Positions 50,316 through 59,954 are shown, numbered from the stretch's first letter. The stretch is 64,000 nucleotides of DNA from an uncultured Holophagales bacterium (GCA_963842525.1 CAWJGT010000003.1:576001-640000), one strand, 5' to 3'. Numbers and translations: made by a program. The notes: generated by a model from the letters alone, not told the origin.

Positions 50316-50438
50316 CCAACATCAGATGAAAATAGACTGCCGTGTATACAAAGTTAGCCGGCTCTCGTCAACTGCCGAGGCGACGCCGGAGGCGTATGTG
50401 CTACCATCGCGCCGCATTTTTCGGGCGAGGATTTCGGC

Positions 50439-51659
50439 ATGAATGAAGCGCAAGAGAGCGCCCGGCCCAGGCCGGCGTCAGGGTGGGACAAACGTGTTGT
50501 TTTCGTGGTGATCCTGGCCCTCCTCGGCGCCTGGATCAGCCTGACTCTGACCAGCTTCCACCTGTCGGGCGGCCAGGGTGGGCCGGCCGTCTTCCGCAAG
50601 GTCTGCGAGATGAGCGGCGGAGGTTGCGACCAGGTTCTGCAGAGCTCCTGGGCCATGCTCCCCCGGCAGATCCCTACTGCCTTCGCCGGGCTCATCTACT
50701 TCAGCGCCATCGCCCTCTGGTATCTGGCGGTCGGGCGCCCCAACCGGGCCGGCCGCGCCTGGTATGTGCCCATCTTCGCCCTGCAGCTCCTGGGCGCCCT
50801 CTTCTCCCTGTTCCTGCTCGGGGTGATGCTCCTCCAGGTCGGGGCGTTCTGCGGGTGGTGCGCCCTCGTCCACGTCATCAACCTCGTCCTGCTCGGGCTC
50901 GCCTGGAAGCTCTGGCCGCGGGGTCCGCGGCCCGCCGGCGAGGCGGCGTGGCCGCCGGCGCGCCTCGGGCTCGCGGGCCTGCTCCTGGTGCTCGTGGTGG
51001 CCGCCTTCTGGAACGAGTGGCTCCTCGTCCGCTACTTCCAGGCGGAGGCCGCACAGTTCCGCGGCGACACCGACCTGATGCGGTATCTCCATGTCCGCAA
51101 CCCCCGGCAGGAGATTCCCCTGCGCGCGGACGACGCGGTGCGTGGCGGCGGCGCGGCAGCCCACACCATCGTGGTCTTCAGCGACTTTCAGTGCCCTTCC
51201 TGCCGGAGCTTCGCGGGCTTTTTCAAAGACGAGATCCAGCCCTCCTACGGCGACCGCCTGCGGCTGGTCTTCAAGCACCTCCCGCTCGACAAAGACTGCA
51301 ACCCGCAGCTTCCGGGAACGCTCCATGCCAACGCCTGCGAGGCCGCCTACGCCGCGGAGGCGGCGCGGGAGCTGGGAGGACCGGAGGGCTTCTGGAAGAT
51401 GCACGACGCCCTCTTCGCCCGGCAGGCGGACGTGGCGGCAGGACGCTGGGCGGAGCTGGCGGAGAGCGCCGGCCTGGACGGGGCCGCCGTTGCCGAGCGC
51501 GTCGCGCAGCGCAAACACCTCGACCGGGTCGCGGAGGACGTCCGGCTCGGAAACGACCTGAAGGTGCCAGGGACGCCCGGCATCTTCATCGACGGCCGCT
51601 TCCTGCAGGACTGGACGAGCCTCGATCTCTGGAAGGCCATCCTCGCGGCTCCGCTCTGA
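50439..51659 (+). CDS. VKOR-family membrane protein fused to a DsbA/thioredoxin domain
   Basis: Several TM helices, loop C..GGGCDQVLQS, CGWC redox motif; C-terminal FSDFQCPSC and GTPGIFIDG. Confidence 0.88.
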   Translation: MNEAQESARPRPASGWDKRVVFVVILALLGAWISLTLTSFHLSGGQGGPAVFRKVCEMSGGGCDQVLQSSWAMLPRQIPTAFAGLIYFSAIALWYLAVGRPNRAGRAWYVPIFALQLLGALFSLFLLGVMLLQVGAFCGWCALVHVINLVLLGLAWKLWPRGPRPAGEAAWPPARLGLAGLLLVLVVAAFWNEWLLVRYFQAEAAQFRGDTDLMRYLHVRNPRQEIPLRADDAVRGGGAAAHTIVVFSDFQCPSCRSFAGFFKDEIQPSYGDRLRLVFKHLPLDKDCNPQLPGTLHANACEAAYAAEAARELGGPEGFWKMHDALFARQADVAAGRWAELAESAGLDGAAVAERVAQRKHLDRVAEDVRLGNDLKVPGTPGIFIDGRFLQDWTSLDLWKAILAAPL

Positions 51660-51665
51660 TGTTTC

Positions 51666-52631
51666 ATGCGAGACCTCGAAGCTCCCTCTCTCGACGAGAT
51701 CTTCGCCGCCCGTGAGCGCCTGCGGGGTGCGGCCCTGCGCACGCCCCTGGTCCGCCTGAACGCCGAGGGGCCGGCGGGGACCGAGATCTGGCTGAAGCTG
51801 GAGAACCTGCAGCCGATCGGCTCCTTCAAGCTGCGGGGCGCCACCAACGCCATGCGCCTCGCCGGTCCGGAGCGGCTGCGCGACGGCGTCCATACGGTGA
51901 GCGCCGGCAACATGGCGCAGGGCGTGGCCTGGAGCGCTCGGGAGATGGGAATCCCGGCCACGGCGATCGTGCCTGAGCATGCTCCGGCGACCAAGCTCGC
52001 CGCCATCGAGCGCCTTGGCGGCCAAGTCCTCCGGGTCCCCTTCGACCGCTGGTGGCACGTCCTCGCCGAGCACGGCGACCCGGGGCTCCCCGGCCTGTTC
52101 ATCCACCCCGTGGCGGACCGGGCGGTGATGGCCGGCAACGGCACGGTCGCGCTGGAGATCCTCGAAGACCTGCCGGACGTGGACGCGATCCTGGTGCCCT
52201 TCGGCGGCGGCGGGCTCTCCTGCGGCATCGCCGCCACAGCCCGGGCGCTCCGCCCCGAGGTCCGGGTCTATGGCTGCGAGGTGGACACCGCGACCCCGCT
52301 CACGGCCTCCTTCGCGGCGGGCCGCTCCCAGGAAACCGAATACCGGCCGAGCTTCGTCGACGGCATCGGCGGCAAGAGCCTGATGCCCGAAATATGGCCG
52401 CTGGTCAGCCGCCTGCTGGCGGGAGCGCTCGTCGTCCCCCTCGCCGAGGTTGCCGCCACCGTCCGCCTCCTGATCGAGCGCAACCGCGTCGTCGCCGAGG
52501 GCGCCGGCGCCACCTCGGTGGCCGCGGCCCTGGCAGGTGTCGAAAACGCCCGCAAGGTCGTCTGCGTGGTCTCGGGAGGCAACATCGACACCGCCAAGAT
52601 CTGCGCGATCCTGGACGGGCGGGTGCCCTGA
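51666..52631 (+). CDS. PLP-dependent threonine/serine dehydratase / serine racemase family enzyme (no ACT domain)
   Basis: KLENLQPIGSFKLRGA, SAGNMAQG, PFGGGGL, EGAGA, SGGNID. Confidence 0.88.
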   Translation: MRDLEAPSLDEIFAARERLRGAALRTPLVRLNAEGPAGTEIWLKLENLQPIGSFKLRGATNAMRLAGPERLRDGVHTVSAGNMAQGVAWSAREMGIPATAIVPEHAPATKLAAIERLGGQVLRVPFDRWWHVLAEHGDPGLPGLFIHPVADRAVMAGNGTVALEILEDLPDVDAILVPFGGGGLSCGIAATARALRPEVRVYGCEVDTATPLTASFAAGRSQETEYRPSFVDGIGGKSLMPEIWPLVSRLLAGALVVPLAEVAATVRLLIERNRVVAEGAGATSVAAALAGVENARKVVCVVSGGNIDTAKICAILDGRVP

Positions 52632-52656
52632 AGCCCGCCCGCCGGTCATCCTGCTG

Positions 52657-53985
52657 CTAGCTGCCGCCGCCGGTGCCCAGGGCCGCGCGGAGCACCTGGG
52701 CCATGGCCCGCAGATCGATGGAGATAGCCCAGAAGCTCTTGTCGTCCCACTCCTTGGCGGTCGGAATCGTATCCGCGGTGCCCGAGAAGGGCGAGCCGAC
52801 CGTGAGGCCCTGGGTGAGGACCTGGACCTGCCGGAAGTGCCGGCCGTAGGTCAGGGCGATCCCTGCCGGCAGGTCGACGGTGATTCCTGCGAAGGCGTTC
52901 TCGGTGATGTCCTCGGGCGCGACGCCGATCGTCGGATTGAGGCGCTTGAACCAGGGGACGCTCTTCTGCATGTCCCTCTTGCCCCAGACGAACGGCGTGT
53001 AGAAGAGGGTGTAGACCAGATCCTGGTCCCCCTCCTCGCCGGCTGCGATGACCGTCTGGCTGCCGACCGTGGCGAGCTTGAAGCCGGGGTTGACGAGGTC
53101 GGTCCGGGCGGCTCCCAGGGTCAGCATGCCGGTGTAGAGCGGATTGACGTTGAAGTCAAAGCTGCCGGTGGGTGTGAGCTGCGTCTGCTGGAGGACCGAG
53201 ATCTGGACCTTGCCCTGTCCCGGCGCGAAGTTCTCCAGGGTGAACTCCCGCACTTCGCAATCCGGCACCAGACCCCCCTGCCGGGTGAGAGTGGGGACCG
53301 TCTCGCCGGCGCCGAGGATCTGCACCGAGGTCACGTTGCGGAAGGCCGAGGTCCTCTCGGCCTTCATGGCAGGCAACCGTTTGTCCGCCACCACGCGGAC
53401 CTTCAAGGTGTCGTTCTCGTCGAATTTGGTATCGAGGCCCGAGACCAGGACGACACCGAGCGGCGTGACCACGATCTCCCCTTCATTCTTTTTCTCGTCG
53501 TAGCCGGCCTCATAGTTGCCCGGGCAGGTCAGAGCCAGAAGCTGGGCGAGGGTCGGATCGCTGCTCGGAGGCGTCGTCGTGCCGCCCGTCGTCGTGCCGC
53601 CGGCCCCGGGCCCGCTGTCGGGCCCGACCTGGAAGGAGCCGATGTTGGCTCCTGCAAAGGACACGGCGAGGCTGGTGCCGTTGCTCACTCCGGACTTCGG
53701 GACCACGAAGGCCGCGCTGGTCGCGCTCTGTGCGGTCGGCCCCAGGTTGGTGAGTGCGCCGCTGAGCACGAGCCCCAGGCCGGCCTGGGAACAGTCGACA
53801 CCCTGGCACTGCACGGTGACCGTGGCCTGATCCTGCGTGACGAGGTTGACCTTGCCTTGCTGCAACGTCGTCGAGGCGATCTTCTTGTCGGCCCCGATCG
53901 TAATCGTCCAGCTCTGGGCCTGCACCGCGGTCGCGCTGCAAAGGACCAGCGCGATCGCAGACCCTGCCTTCCAACATGCCCTCAT
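52657..53985 (-). CDS. Secreted hypothetical protein (signal peptide, Gly/Thr/Pro linker, beta-rich C-terminus)
   Basis: 442-aa ORF with GGGAG RBS and an AVQA-type cleavage site. Confidence 0.75.
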   Translation of the reverse strand: MRACWKAGSAIALVLCSATAVQAQSWTITIGADKKIASTTLQQGKVNLVTQDQATVTVQCQGVDCSQAGLGLVLSGALTNLGPTAQSATSAAFVVPKSGVSNGTSLAVSFAGANIGSFQVGPDSGPGAGGTTTGGTTTPPSSDPTLAQLLALTCPGNYEAGYDEKKNEGEIVVTPLGVVLVSGLDTKFDENDTLKVRVVADKRLPAMKAERTSAFRNVTSVQILGAGETVPTLTRQGGLVPDCEVREFTLENFAPGQGKVQISVLQQTQLTPTGSFDFNVNPLYTGMLTLGAARTDLVNPGFKLATVGSQTVIAAGEEGDQDLVYTLFYTPFVWGKRDMQKSVPWFKRLNPTIGVAPEDITENAFAGITVDLPAGIALTYGRHFRQVQVLTQGLTVGSPFSGTADTIPTAKEWDDKSFWAISIDLRAMAQVLRAALGTGGGS

Positions 53986-54005
53986 GCGTACTCCCTTCTT
54001 CCTGT

Positions 54006-55023
54006 TCAGGTGGTCGGAATGTCACAGCGCAGCGTCGCGAAGACGAGGCTCGCCGGAGTGAACACGCGCAGGTTGCTGAGCGCCGGCCCACCTTCGCCGA
54101 CGAGGAACCCGAGAAGCAGGCCCTGGTGGTCGACCAGCGCGGACCCCGAATCGCCCCCCTGCGTGAAGATGTTGACCAGGATCGCCGCATCCAGGCTCTC
54201 GGTGGGGATGGAGGCGATGGGATTGACGATGTAGCCCGCCTGGAATCCCGAGACCGCTCCGACCATCTTCACCGTCGTCCCCTGGTCTCCAGGATACGTG
54301 ATGGGCCTCCAGCCCTTGATTTGCCCGATCGTCGGGAAGCTCCGTGACCGCCGGCTGCTGAGTGTCGAGCGACACCTTGGCCGCGTCGGTTCCGGTCATC
54401 GTCCCCTGCCGCAAGCTGCCGAATTGATTGGCGCCAGGCATCGGCGAGACGAATCGGGGCGCCGGGGTGGCTCCTGGGGTGCCGGTCGGGAACTGCTGGA
54501 AGGTGGAGACGTGCATGGCCGTGATGGCTACGGTGTCGTGCGCGTCGAGGTCCGTCACCAGCGCGCCAAGAGTCCCACGCTCGCCGCCGTCCATCTGCCC
54601 GAGGCTGTCGCCTCCGCCGACCTGGCGCCGGATCGTGCCGAGCTCGATGACGTCCACGGGCAGACGGTGCTTGCCGGAGCGGACGGTCCTGGGGATCCGG
54701 GGCGTTTTGGCAGCCGCCAGCTCCGCGAGAGAAAGCTTCCGCTGCACATAGACGGTCAGGCAAGGCTCGCCCGTAGGCGCTCCGGCGCGGAGGCGGAAGC
54801 CCAGGCCCAGGCCGACCACGCCCGGGATGGCGAGAAGCTTTGCGCGCCGGGCCTCCATCAGCTCGTGCGCCCATTGCCAGTCCGGATCGACGAGGTGGGT
54901 CGGGTGCCCCGGCTTGGTGAGCCGGGCCAGGGTCCGGCGCGCGTCGGCCAGCATCTTCTGAGCCGCCGTGAGGTCCGCGACCGCCTGTTGCATCCCCTTC
55001 GGGAGCTTTGCCGTAGGATTCAT
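54006..55023 (-). CDS. Trypsin-like (S1/Nal1-like) serine protease with N-terminal pro-region; frameshift near 54335
   Basis: GTLGA, TAMHV (His), TDAA (Asp) in ORF 54022-55023; GDSGS (Ser) in ORF 54006-54272. Confidence 0.8.
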
Positions 55024-55059
55024 TGTCGACTCTTTGCCGTACCCTACTCAACCCACGCC

Positions 55060-55491
55060 ATGACCCGCAAGCCCCCTCCGCCGCCCGATCCCGAGATGGG
55101 GATGTGGCAGGGTCGGTCCATCGCCCGCCGCTTCGTGTCGCCGGACGGCATGACGGTCCTCGTGGGCCGCACCGCCGAGGACAACGACATCCTCTCCCTG
55201 AAGCTCGCGGCGCCGCGCGACTTCTGGTTCCACGTGGCGGGGGAGTCGGGCTCGCACGTGGTGGTGCGCAACCCCGAGGGGCTCGATCGGCTGCCGAAGG
55301 AGACCGAGCGTTTCGCCGCCTCTCTAGCCGCCGGCTACTCCAAGGCCCGCAAAGGCGGCCGGGTCTCGGTCCATACCTGCACCTGCGCCGACGTGAGCAA
55401 GCCGCGCGGCCTCCCCGCGGGCAAGGTGGTCCTCGACCGCTTCAAGAACATCCAGGTCGCCCCCTGGCGGCCGGACATGGAAGGGGCATGA
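55060..55491 (+). CDS. NFACT RNA-binding domain protein (NFACT-R/DUF814)
   Basis: [43 protein letters not shown]...GKV. Confidence 0.85.
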   Translation: MTRKPPPPPDPEMGMWQGRSIARRFVSPDGMTVLVGRTAEDNDILSLKLAAPRDFWFHVAGESGSHVVVRNPEGLDRLPKETERFAASLAAGYSKARKGGRVSVHTCTCADVSKPRGLPAGKVVLDRFKNIQVAPWRPDMEGA

Positions 55492-55790
55492 GCTCCTCGA
55501 GCCTGCACGGAGCAGGGGATCTACGAGGACATGACCTTCGACCAACCCCCGACCATGAACGTTCCGTCGCTGGCCTTGAACATCAAGGAGCGCCGCCAGC
55601 GGGGGATGCCCAGCAACCTGCAAAACCTTGCAAAGATTTTGAAGACGGCCGGCTATCTTCGCGGACGACACGTTCATCGTCCGCATCAGCGACCATGGCG
55701 ACATGGCCATGGCGCACGGGCTGCAGCGGCAGAAGATGTTCAATATGTACGAGGAGACGCTGAACATTCCGTTCATTCGTTTCCTGTTGG
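55488..55790 (+). pseudogene. Internally deleted sulfatase-family remnant
   Basis: [13 protein letters not shown] is fused directly to [31 protein letters not shown]. These motifs are normally about 200 aa apart in sulfatases. Confidence 0.6.
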
Positions 55791-55802
55791 GCGTGGTGGG
55801 GC

Positions 55803-55918
55803 CCCTGGGACCGCGGGCGTCTCGCCCGCACAGACTTTCATCGACCGCGGCGTTGCCGCCAACCCGACGCCGGCCCGAGCGTGAGGAGAGGGCGGGCGAG
55901 ACGCCCGCGGTCCCAGGG
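55803..55918. repeat. REP-like doublet: perfect 27-bp inverted repeat
   Basis: ccctgggaccgcgggcgtctcgcccgc (55803-55829) and its reverse complement (55892-55918). Confidence 0.85.
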
Positions 55919-56020
55919 AGAAACTCTTCGGCCAGAGACTTTCGAGTCCGGACGGTCCGGATGTCGTAGTCTCCGGGAGCCAGGGTGTGGCGAAGGAGCC
56001 GTGCAGGGTGTGGTGTAGCG

Positions 56021-56132
56021 CATCTCCACGCAAACCGCGGCTGCTCGAAGTGCGCGACCCGGGTGCCCCGGCCGTGCACGGCCACTTCGGCGAACTGGTG
56101 GAGGACCGCGGCGGTCGGCGCGTAGAGGAGGC
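56021..56132 (-). repeat. Displaced duplicate of the Nudix gene 3' end (att-like direct repeat)
   Basis: 112 bp with 5 mismatches to 60619-60730. Confidence 0.92.
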
Positions 56133-56160
56133 TCTCCCGGCACGATTTTGGTAGCTTCTC

Positions 56161-56406
56161 CAGATAAGCTTGCAGCGGCACGGATGAGCTTGGACGGCAT
56201 GGATAGGCGTGTCTACGGCAGAGGATGTTATCTGTTCCGGATAAGCCTGGCCGCGCTGGATAGCGTTATCTGCGCTGGATAAGCTTATCTACGCCGGATA
56301 CAGCTTATTCTGCGCCCGGATAAGCTTATCTGCGGCGGATAGCGTTCTCTGCCGCGGATACGCTTCGCTGTACCGGATACGCTGAGCTGCGCCGGATGAT
56401 CTACGC
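56161..56406. repeat. Degenerate tandem array, about 13 units, mostly 19-bp period; consensus CGGATAAGCTTATCTGCGC
   Basis: Units start at 56238, 56257, 56276, 56295, 56317, 56336, 56355, 56374, 56393; internal dyad GATAAGCTTATC. Confidence 0.85.
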
Positions 56407-56690
56407 TGGCGCCGGTGACGGTCTCTGCGATGGATACGGGCTGATTGCCTGCATCTGGAGGGATGCTGCGACACTGCGCCGCCGCCTGGCTTTGGGGGGA
56501 GGGAGCCCGGGCGGATCGCCTGCGGAGGTGGCGGGAACAGACGACGGCGCCGGCTTCGTGGCGTTGCTGGCGCGGTTGCGGCCATGGAAGGGCTGCTGCT
56601 GGAGGAACGCCTGGATCGCCTCGTTGCGGACGCAAATGCCTGCCAGCGCGGCGATGAGCCACGGCAGTGCTCCCAGCGTCCCTACATACG
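56401..56690 (-). pseudogene. Possible 3' remnant of an unknown gene, truncated at the transposase fragment
   Basis: Open frame ...LPWLIAALAGICVRNEAIQAFLQQQPFHGRNR... ending in TAG at the array edge; no start. Confidence 0.3.
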
Positions 56691-57100
56691 GGGAGAGTCT
56701 TTCAGTGCGCGTAAGTTCGCGGAAACGGAGACCCTGCGGTTCGAGCCCTTACCCTGCTGGACGCATCTCACGCCGGAGCAGTATCGAGCGAAGATCGCCG
56801 ATCTGATCGCCGAGATCGAGGCTGAAGCGGCGGCCCAGAGAGAGCAGGCCGGTTGCCAGCCTCTGGGAGTCAAGGCGATCTTGCGCCAGAAGCCGACTGA
56901 TCAGCCGGTGAAGACCAAGATATCTCCTGCCCCGCTCTTTCACGCCTTCAGCCGCAAGGTCCGCAAAGAGCTCTACGAGGCTTATGGCTGGTTCGTGGCG
57001 GCGTTCCGGGAGGCGGCGGACAAGCTCAAGGCTGGAGATCGGAATGCACGGTTTCCGGTAGGGAGCTTTCCACCTCATCTTGCCGTTCGTCAGCGATCAG
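56690..57100 (+). pseudogene. C-terminal half of a Y1 (IS200/RAYT-like) transposase; HUH domain absent
   Basis: PLPCWTHL..YR..IA.LI.EIE, LGVKAILRQ, SPAPLFHA, AY.WFVAAFREAA.KL, FP.GSFPP; recognised from memory of this family's C-terminus. Confidence 0.6.
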
Positions 57101-57350
57101 CCACCCCGCGGTCTCATTCCCGTGCCCGGGTAAGCCGGGCCGGTCGCCACCAACCTTCAAAGCGCCCGTCCGCCTATGCCTGCTTGGTCGGGCAGAGTTG
57201 CGCCCACAATACCTCCAGTCCGCTCCAGATCCTGACGTCCCGCGGGAAAATTCGCGTTCGCTCCTCTTTCGGTGTGTCCCGCGAGGATTGCCCGAGTGCT
57301 TCGGAAGGGTGAATGCAGCCTGACCGCAGGCGCCGGGACCTCAAGGCTTT

Positions 57351-57428
57351 CCAAGAAACCCCAGGCACCTATTCCGGCGCCGACCGCCAATACTCGGGGC
57401 TCCCCAAGAAACCCCAGGCACCTATTCC
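57351..57428. repeat. Two exact 25-bp direct repeats (ccaagaaaccccaggcacctattcc), likely transposase-associated end repeats
   Basis: 57351-57375 and 57404-57428. Confidence 0.8.
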
Positions 57429-57533
57429 CGGCCGCCGATCCCCCACAACTGCTTCGGCGTTATTAGATCCAGCAGTTCACGTAGCTTCATTGTTTCCGGG
57501 TCTGGCATTGCGAGATCTCCGTCTTCTCTGACG

Positions 57534-57594
57534 CAGTAACGCCGCTGCCCCTCACCGGCTGCGTCAGCAGTCCGGTGCAGGGGCCGAGTGAGCC
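57534..57594 (-). mobile_element. attC: Integron attC site (61 bp) with a degenerate R'' box
   Basis: Minus strand GGCTCAC-tcggcc-CCTGCACC-ggActgc-tgac-gcagcc-GGTGAGG-ggcagcggc-GTTACTG, with two extrahelical bases. Confidence 0.7.
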
Positions 57595-57678
57595 GTTTGT
57601 CTTGAAATGTCCTCGACCTTAACTTGCACCCTGCGATTTAGCGCCCGCTTTGTCACCATCTTATCTATGTAGGGTCTG

Positions 57679-58635
57679 TCAGACTGCTCTGCCACATCTG
57701 AAGCTGCACTCAAACCACACAGGCGATGAGTCCTTGGCAATTACATAGATTGCTGCTGTCACCTCTAGCTGTGCTGCGGAAAACAAGAGCACTAGCGAAT
57801 TGGTCTCGAAGACAGCCTTTGCAAAGGGTGAAAGCTTTACTGTCCTCGGATTTCTCGGATTACAGATCGAGTGTCTTAAAACCCAATCGTAATCACCTAC
57901 ATGAACCCTTTCGGGGTGCTCTACATAGGAGAGGAGGTGCTTGTTGATCTCGGGCCCGATGTCGTTGACAACCCAAGAGAGAATACCCACATCAAGAGTC
58001 TCTGCGGTCACCAATCCAATATTATCGACTGCCACGTGGACCTCGACGTTGCTCTTGGGCTCCCTCAACGAGGGCGGTGGCTGCTCGAAGGAGACAGCGG
58101 CATCAAGGGTAGGTTGCTGCTTTCTGCCAAGAATGAGATCGGACAACAAGAAGTCGGGCGCCTGTAGGGTAGACTGATTGAGCCTCAAGAAGTACTTGAG
58201 CCGCCCTGCCTCTACACAAGGGACAAGGGCCGGCGCTCTCCTCACCGCAGTTACCACAACAGGCCCAGCAGGATAATCAACAACGTGTATCCGGGGTAAA
58301 GGTGAAAGGAAGGGAGCCATATCGTGTAAATGCCCCTCCACCCACTTATCCAGGGATTCATTACCCGTTTGCAGACACGCTGAGATTTTTCTGGGCGGCT
58401 CGGAAACACCGACGATGAGTACTCCTCCTTCACTGTTGGCGAAGCCACTTATTGCTTGACGGATGGCTTTGACTGCCTCCTTACTGTTGCCCTTGTTAGT
58501 AATCTTCCCATCCTTATACTCTAGATGCTGATCCTCTTCTTGGTGGATTTCAACGAACTTCTCCAGGGTGGAACCGGAAAATTTGTAGCCACTCAGCAGG
58601 GCCTCCATGGCTTCCTGGGAATCCGTAAACGGCAT
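57679..58635 (-). CDS. Schlafen/AlbA_2-domain protein (integron cassette)
   Basis: EDQHLEYK, AISGFANSEGGVLIVGV, YFLRLNQST; lower GC; lies between attC sites. Confidence 0.85.
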   Translation of the reverse strand: MPFTDSQEAMEALLSGYKFSGSTLEKFVEIHQEEDQHLEYKDGKITNKGNSKEAVKAIRQAISGFANSEGGVLIVGVSEPPRKISACLQTGNESLDKWVEGHLHDMAPFLSPLPRIHVVDYPAGPVVVTAVRRAPALVPCVEAGRLKYFLRLNQSTLQAPDFLLSDLILGRKQQPTLDAAVSFEQPPPSLREPKSNVEVHVAVDNIGLVTAETLDVGILSWVVNDIGPEINKHLLSYVEHPERVHVGDYDWVLRHSICNPRNPRTVKLSPFAKAVFETNSLVLLFSAAQLEVTAAIYVIAKDSSPVWFECSFRCGRAV

Positions 58636-58653
58636 CTTAGAACGTCCCTATTC

Positions 58654-58712
58654 GGCTAACAATCAAAAGCTCACCGGCGACGCCAGTCGTCCGGTGAAGC
58701 GTGGGGTTATGC
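58654..58712 (-). mobile_element. attC: Integron attC site (59 bp)
   Basis: Minus strand GCATAAC-cccac-GCTTCACC-ggAcgac-tggc-gtcgcc-GGTGAGC-ttttgatt-GTTAGCC. The upstream gene's TAA lies inside R''; the next ATG is 18 nt after R'. Confidence 0.88.
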
Positions 58713-59412
58713 GGGCCGCCCTGGTTGGGAGCGGTTCGCGATTAAGGTGAGAATTGCCTTCATGAACTCCTGCACTGCGTCAATCCAAGGCTCTACTTCT
58801 CCCGCAGTGATAGCTTCGACTCCCTCGCTGGCATCCCTTTGAGGTGAAACTCTGTCGGCTCGATGGACGATCTGATGGCGACGCCTAATTAACTCGTCAA
58901 GCTCGGTGAATGTGTGACGAACCACGGCGGCGTCGATATTTAGACCCGCCAGAACGGTACAGATTTGGGTTGTGTCGTTGTAGGTTGTCGTCAGAAGATG
59001 CTCCTGTACCGACCTCTGGATCAGCTCCAGGACAGTTTTATCTCTATGAGCAGCCAATTTTCCAAGGAAAAACTTTTCCGGTCGACCAGATCCGCCAGAA
59101 CCAGCGATAGGAACACTGTTTGAGCGTTGTTTCGTCAGAGAAAGGGAGCAATATCATGGCGATCGAGCGAAGAAAATCTTCCAGAGTAGCGTGCACTAAC
59201 ACCACCGCTGACCTAATGATATCAGAGAAAGTATCGACAGGTTCTTGCTCGCCGCTTCGGTTGAGCAACTTCCGATAAAGTGCAATGAGCACCTTGGCTC
59301 GTGCAAGATTCTCGCTGTGCCTATCGACTTGAGTCCGTATGAACCTGATAAGTTCACGATAACTGGAAAACGCCTCCATAAAGTCCCTACTTTCACCGCA
59401 TAACCTCATCAT
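58707..59412 (-). CDS. HEPN-domain protein (RiboL-PSP-HEPN-like; integron cassette), frameshift near 59120
   Basis: DIIRSAVVLVHATLEDFLR and RRHQIVH (Rx4H). Removing one A from ctcaaacagt joins the two ORFs into about 235 aa. Confidence 0.8.
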
Positions 59413-59954
59413 GAACTTCTACCCATCCCGCCACCAACTTGCCTCGGGCCTGCTTCCGACTTCCACATCCGCGAAGACAAGGTGCATCGACATACTTCTA
59501 TGTGGTTGACCTACTTACGCTTAGAGCGATTCTACGGTGCTCAACCATTTTCGTCAACGACTCAGTGGTTGACCGCCTATGTAATCGGGTCATGGGATGG
59601 TCCGGTTTGCTTCGGGATTGCGACAGCGTCGGCGTAAGTCACTGAGGGTTCTAAGGTTCTCTCGCCCGAGGAGAGTGAATCTGACCGCCTAAGACGCATC
59701 TGACGAAGGTGCAGAGGAGCTTAGCCGGTCGAAAATCGGCCGTAAGGCTGCCGCGGCGTGTGCGGCCTCAGGGCTGGAAGGGTCTTCTGCCGAAGCGCTT
59801 ACAGGATCGGACCACTCCTGGGGTGTGTCGGCTTAGACGGTGACCGGCCGACCGCCTATGCCGGCAGGCAGGTGCCAGAGCTTTCTTCTGCCCCGGATGG
59901 CGTGCCTGCGGCTTGGGTCGGACTGGGGTAAAATGTGTCTCCCTCGTTGGCGGC

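Noticed and set aside
55947-55961. tccggacggtccgga resembling the 21-bp array unit next to the distal Nudix copy
   Set aside because: A single short match in GC-rich DNA, not distinguishable from chance
57351-57428. Two 25-bp repeats with a 28-bp spacer as a mini-CRISPR
   Set aside because: Only two copies, no cas genes, and adjacent to a transposase remnant
59432-59520. Third attC or attI upstream of the HEPN cassette (GTTGGTG at 59432-59438)
   Set aside because: No matching L boxes or hairpin visible
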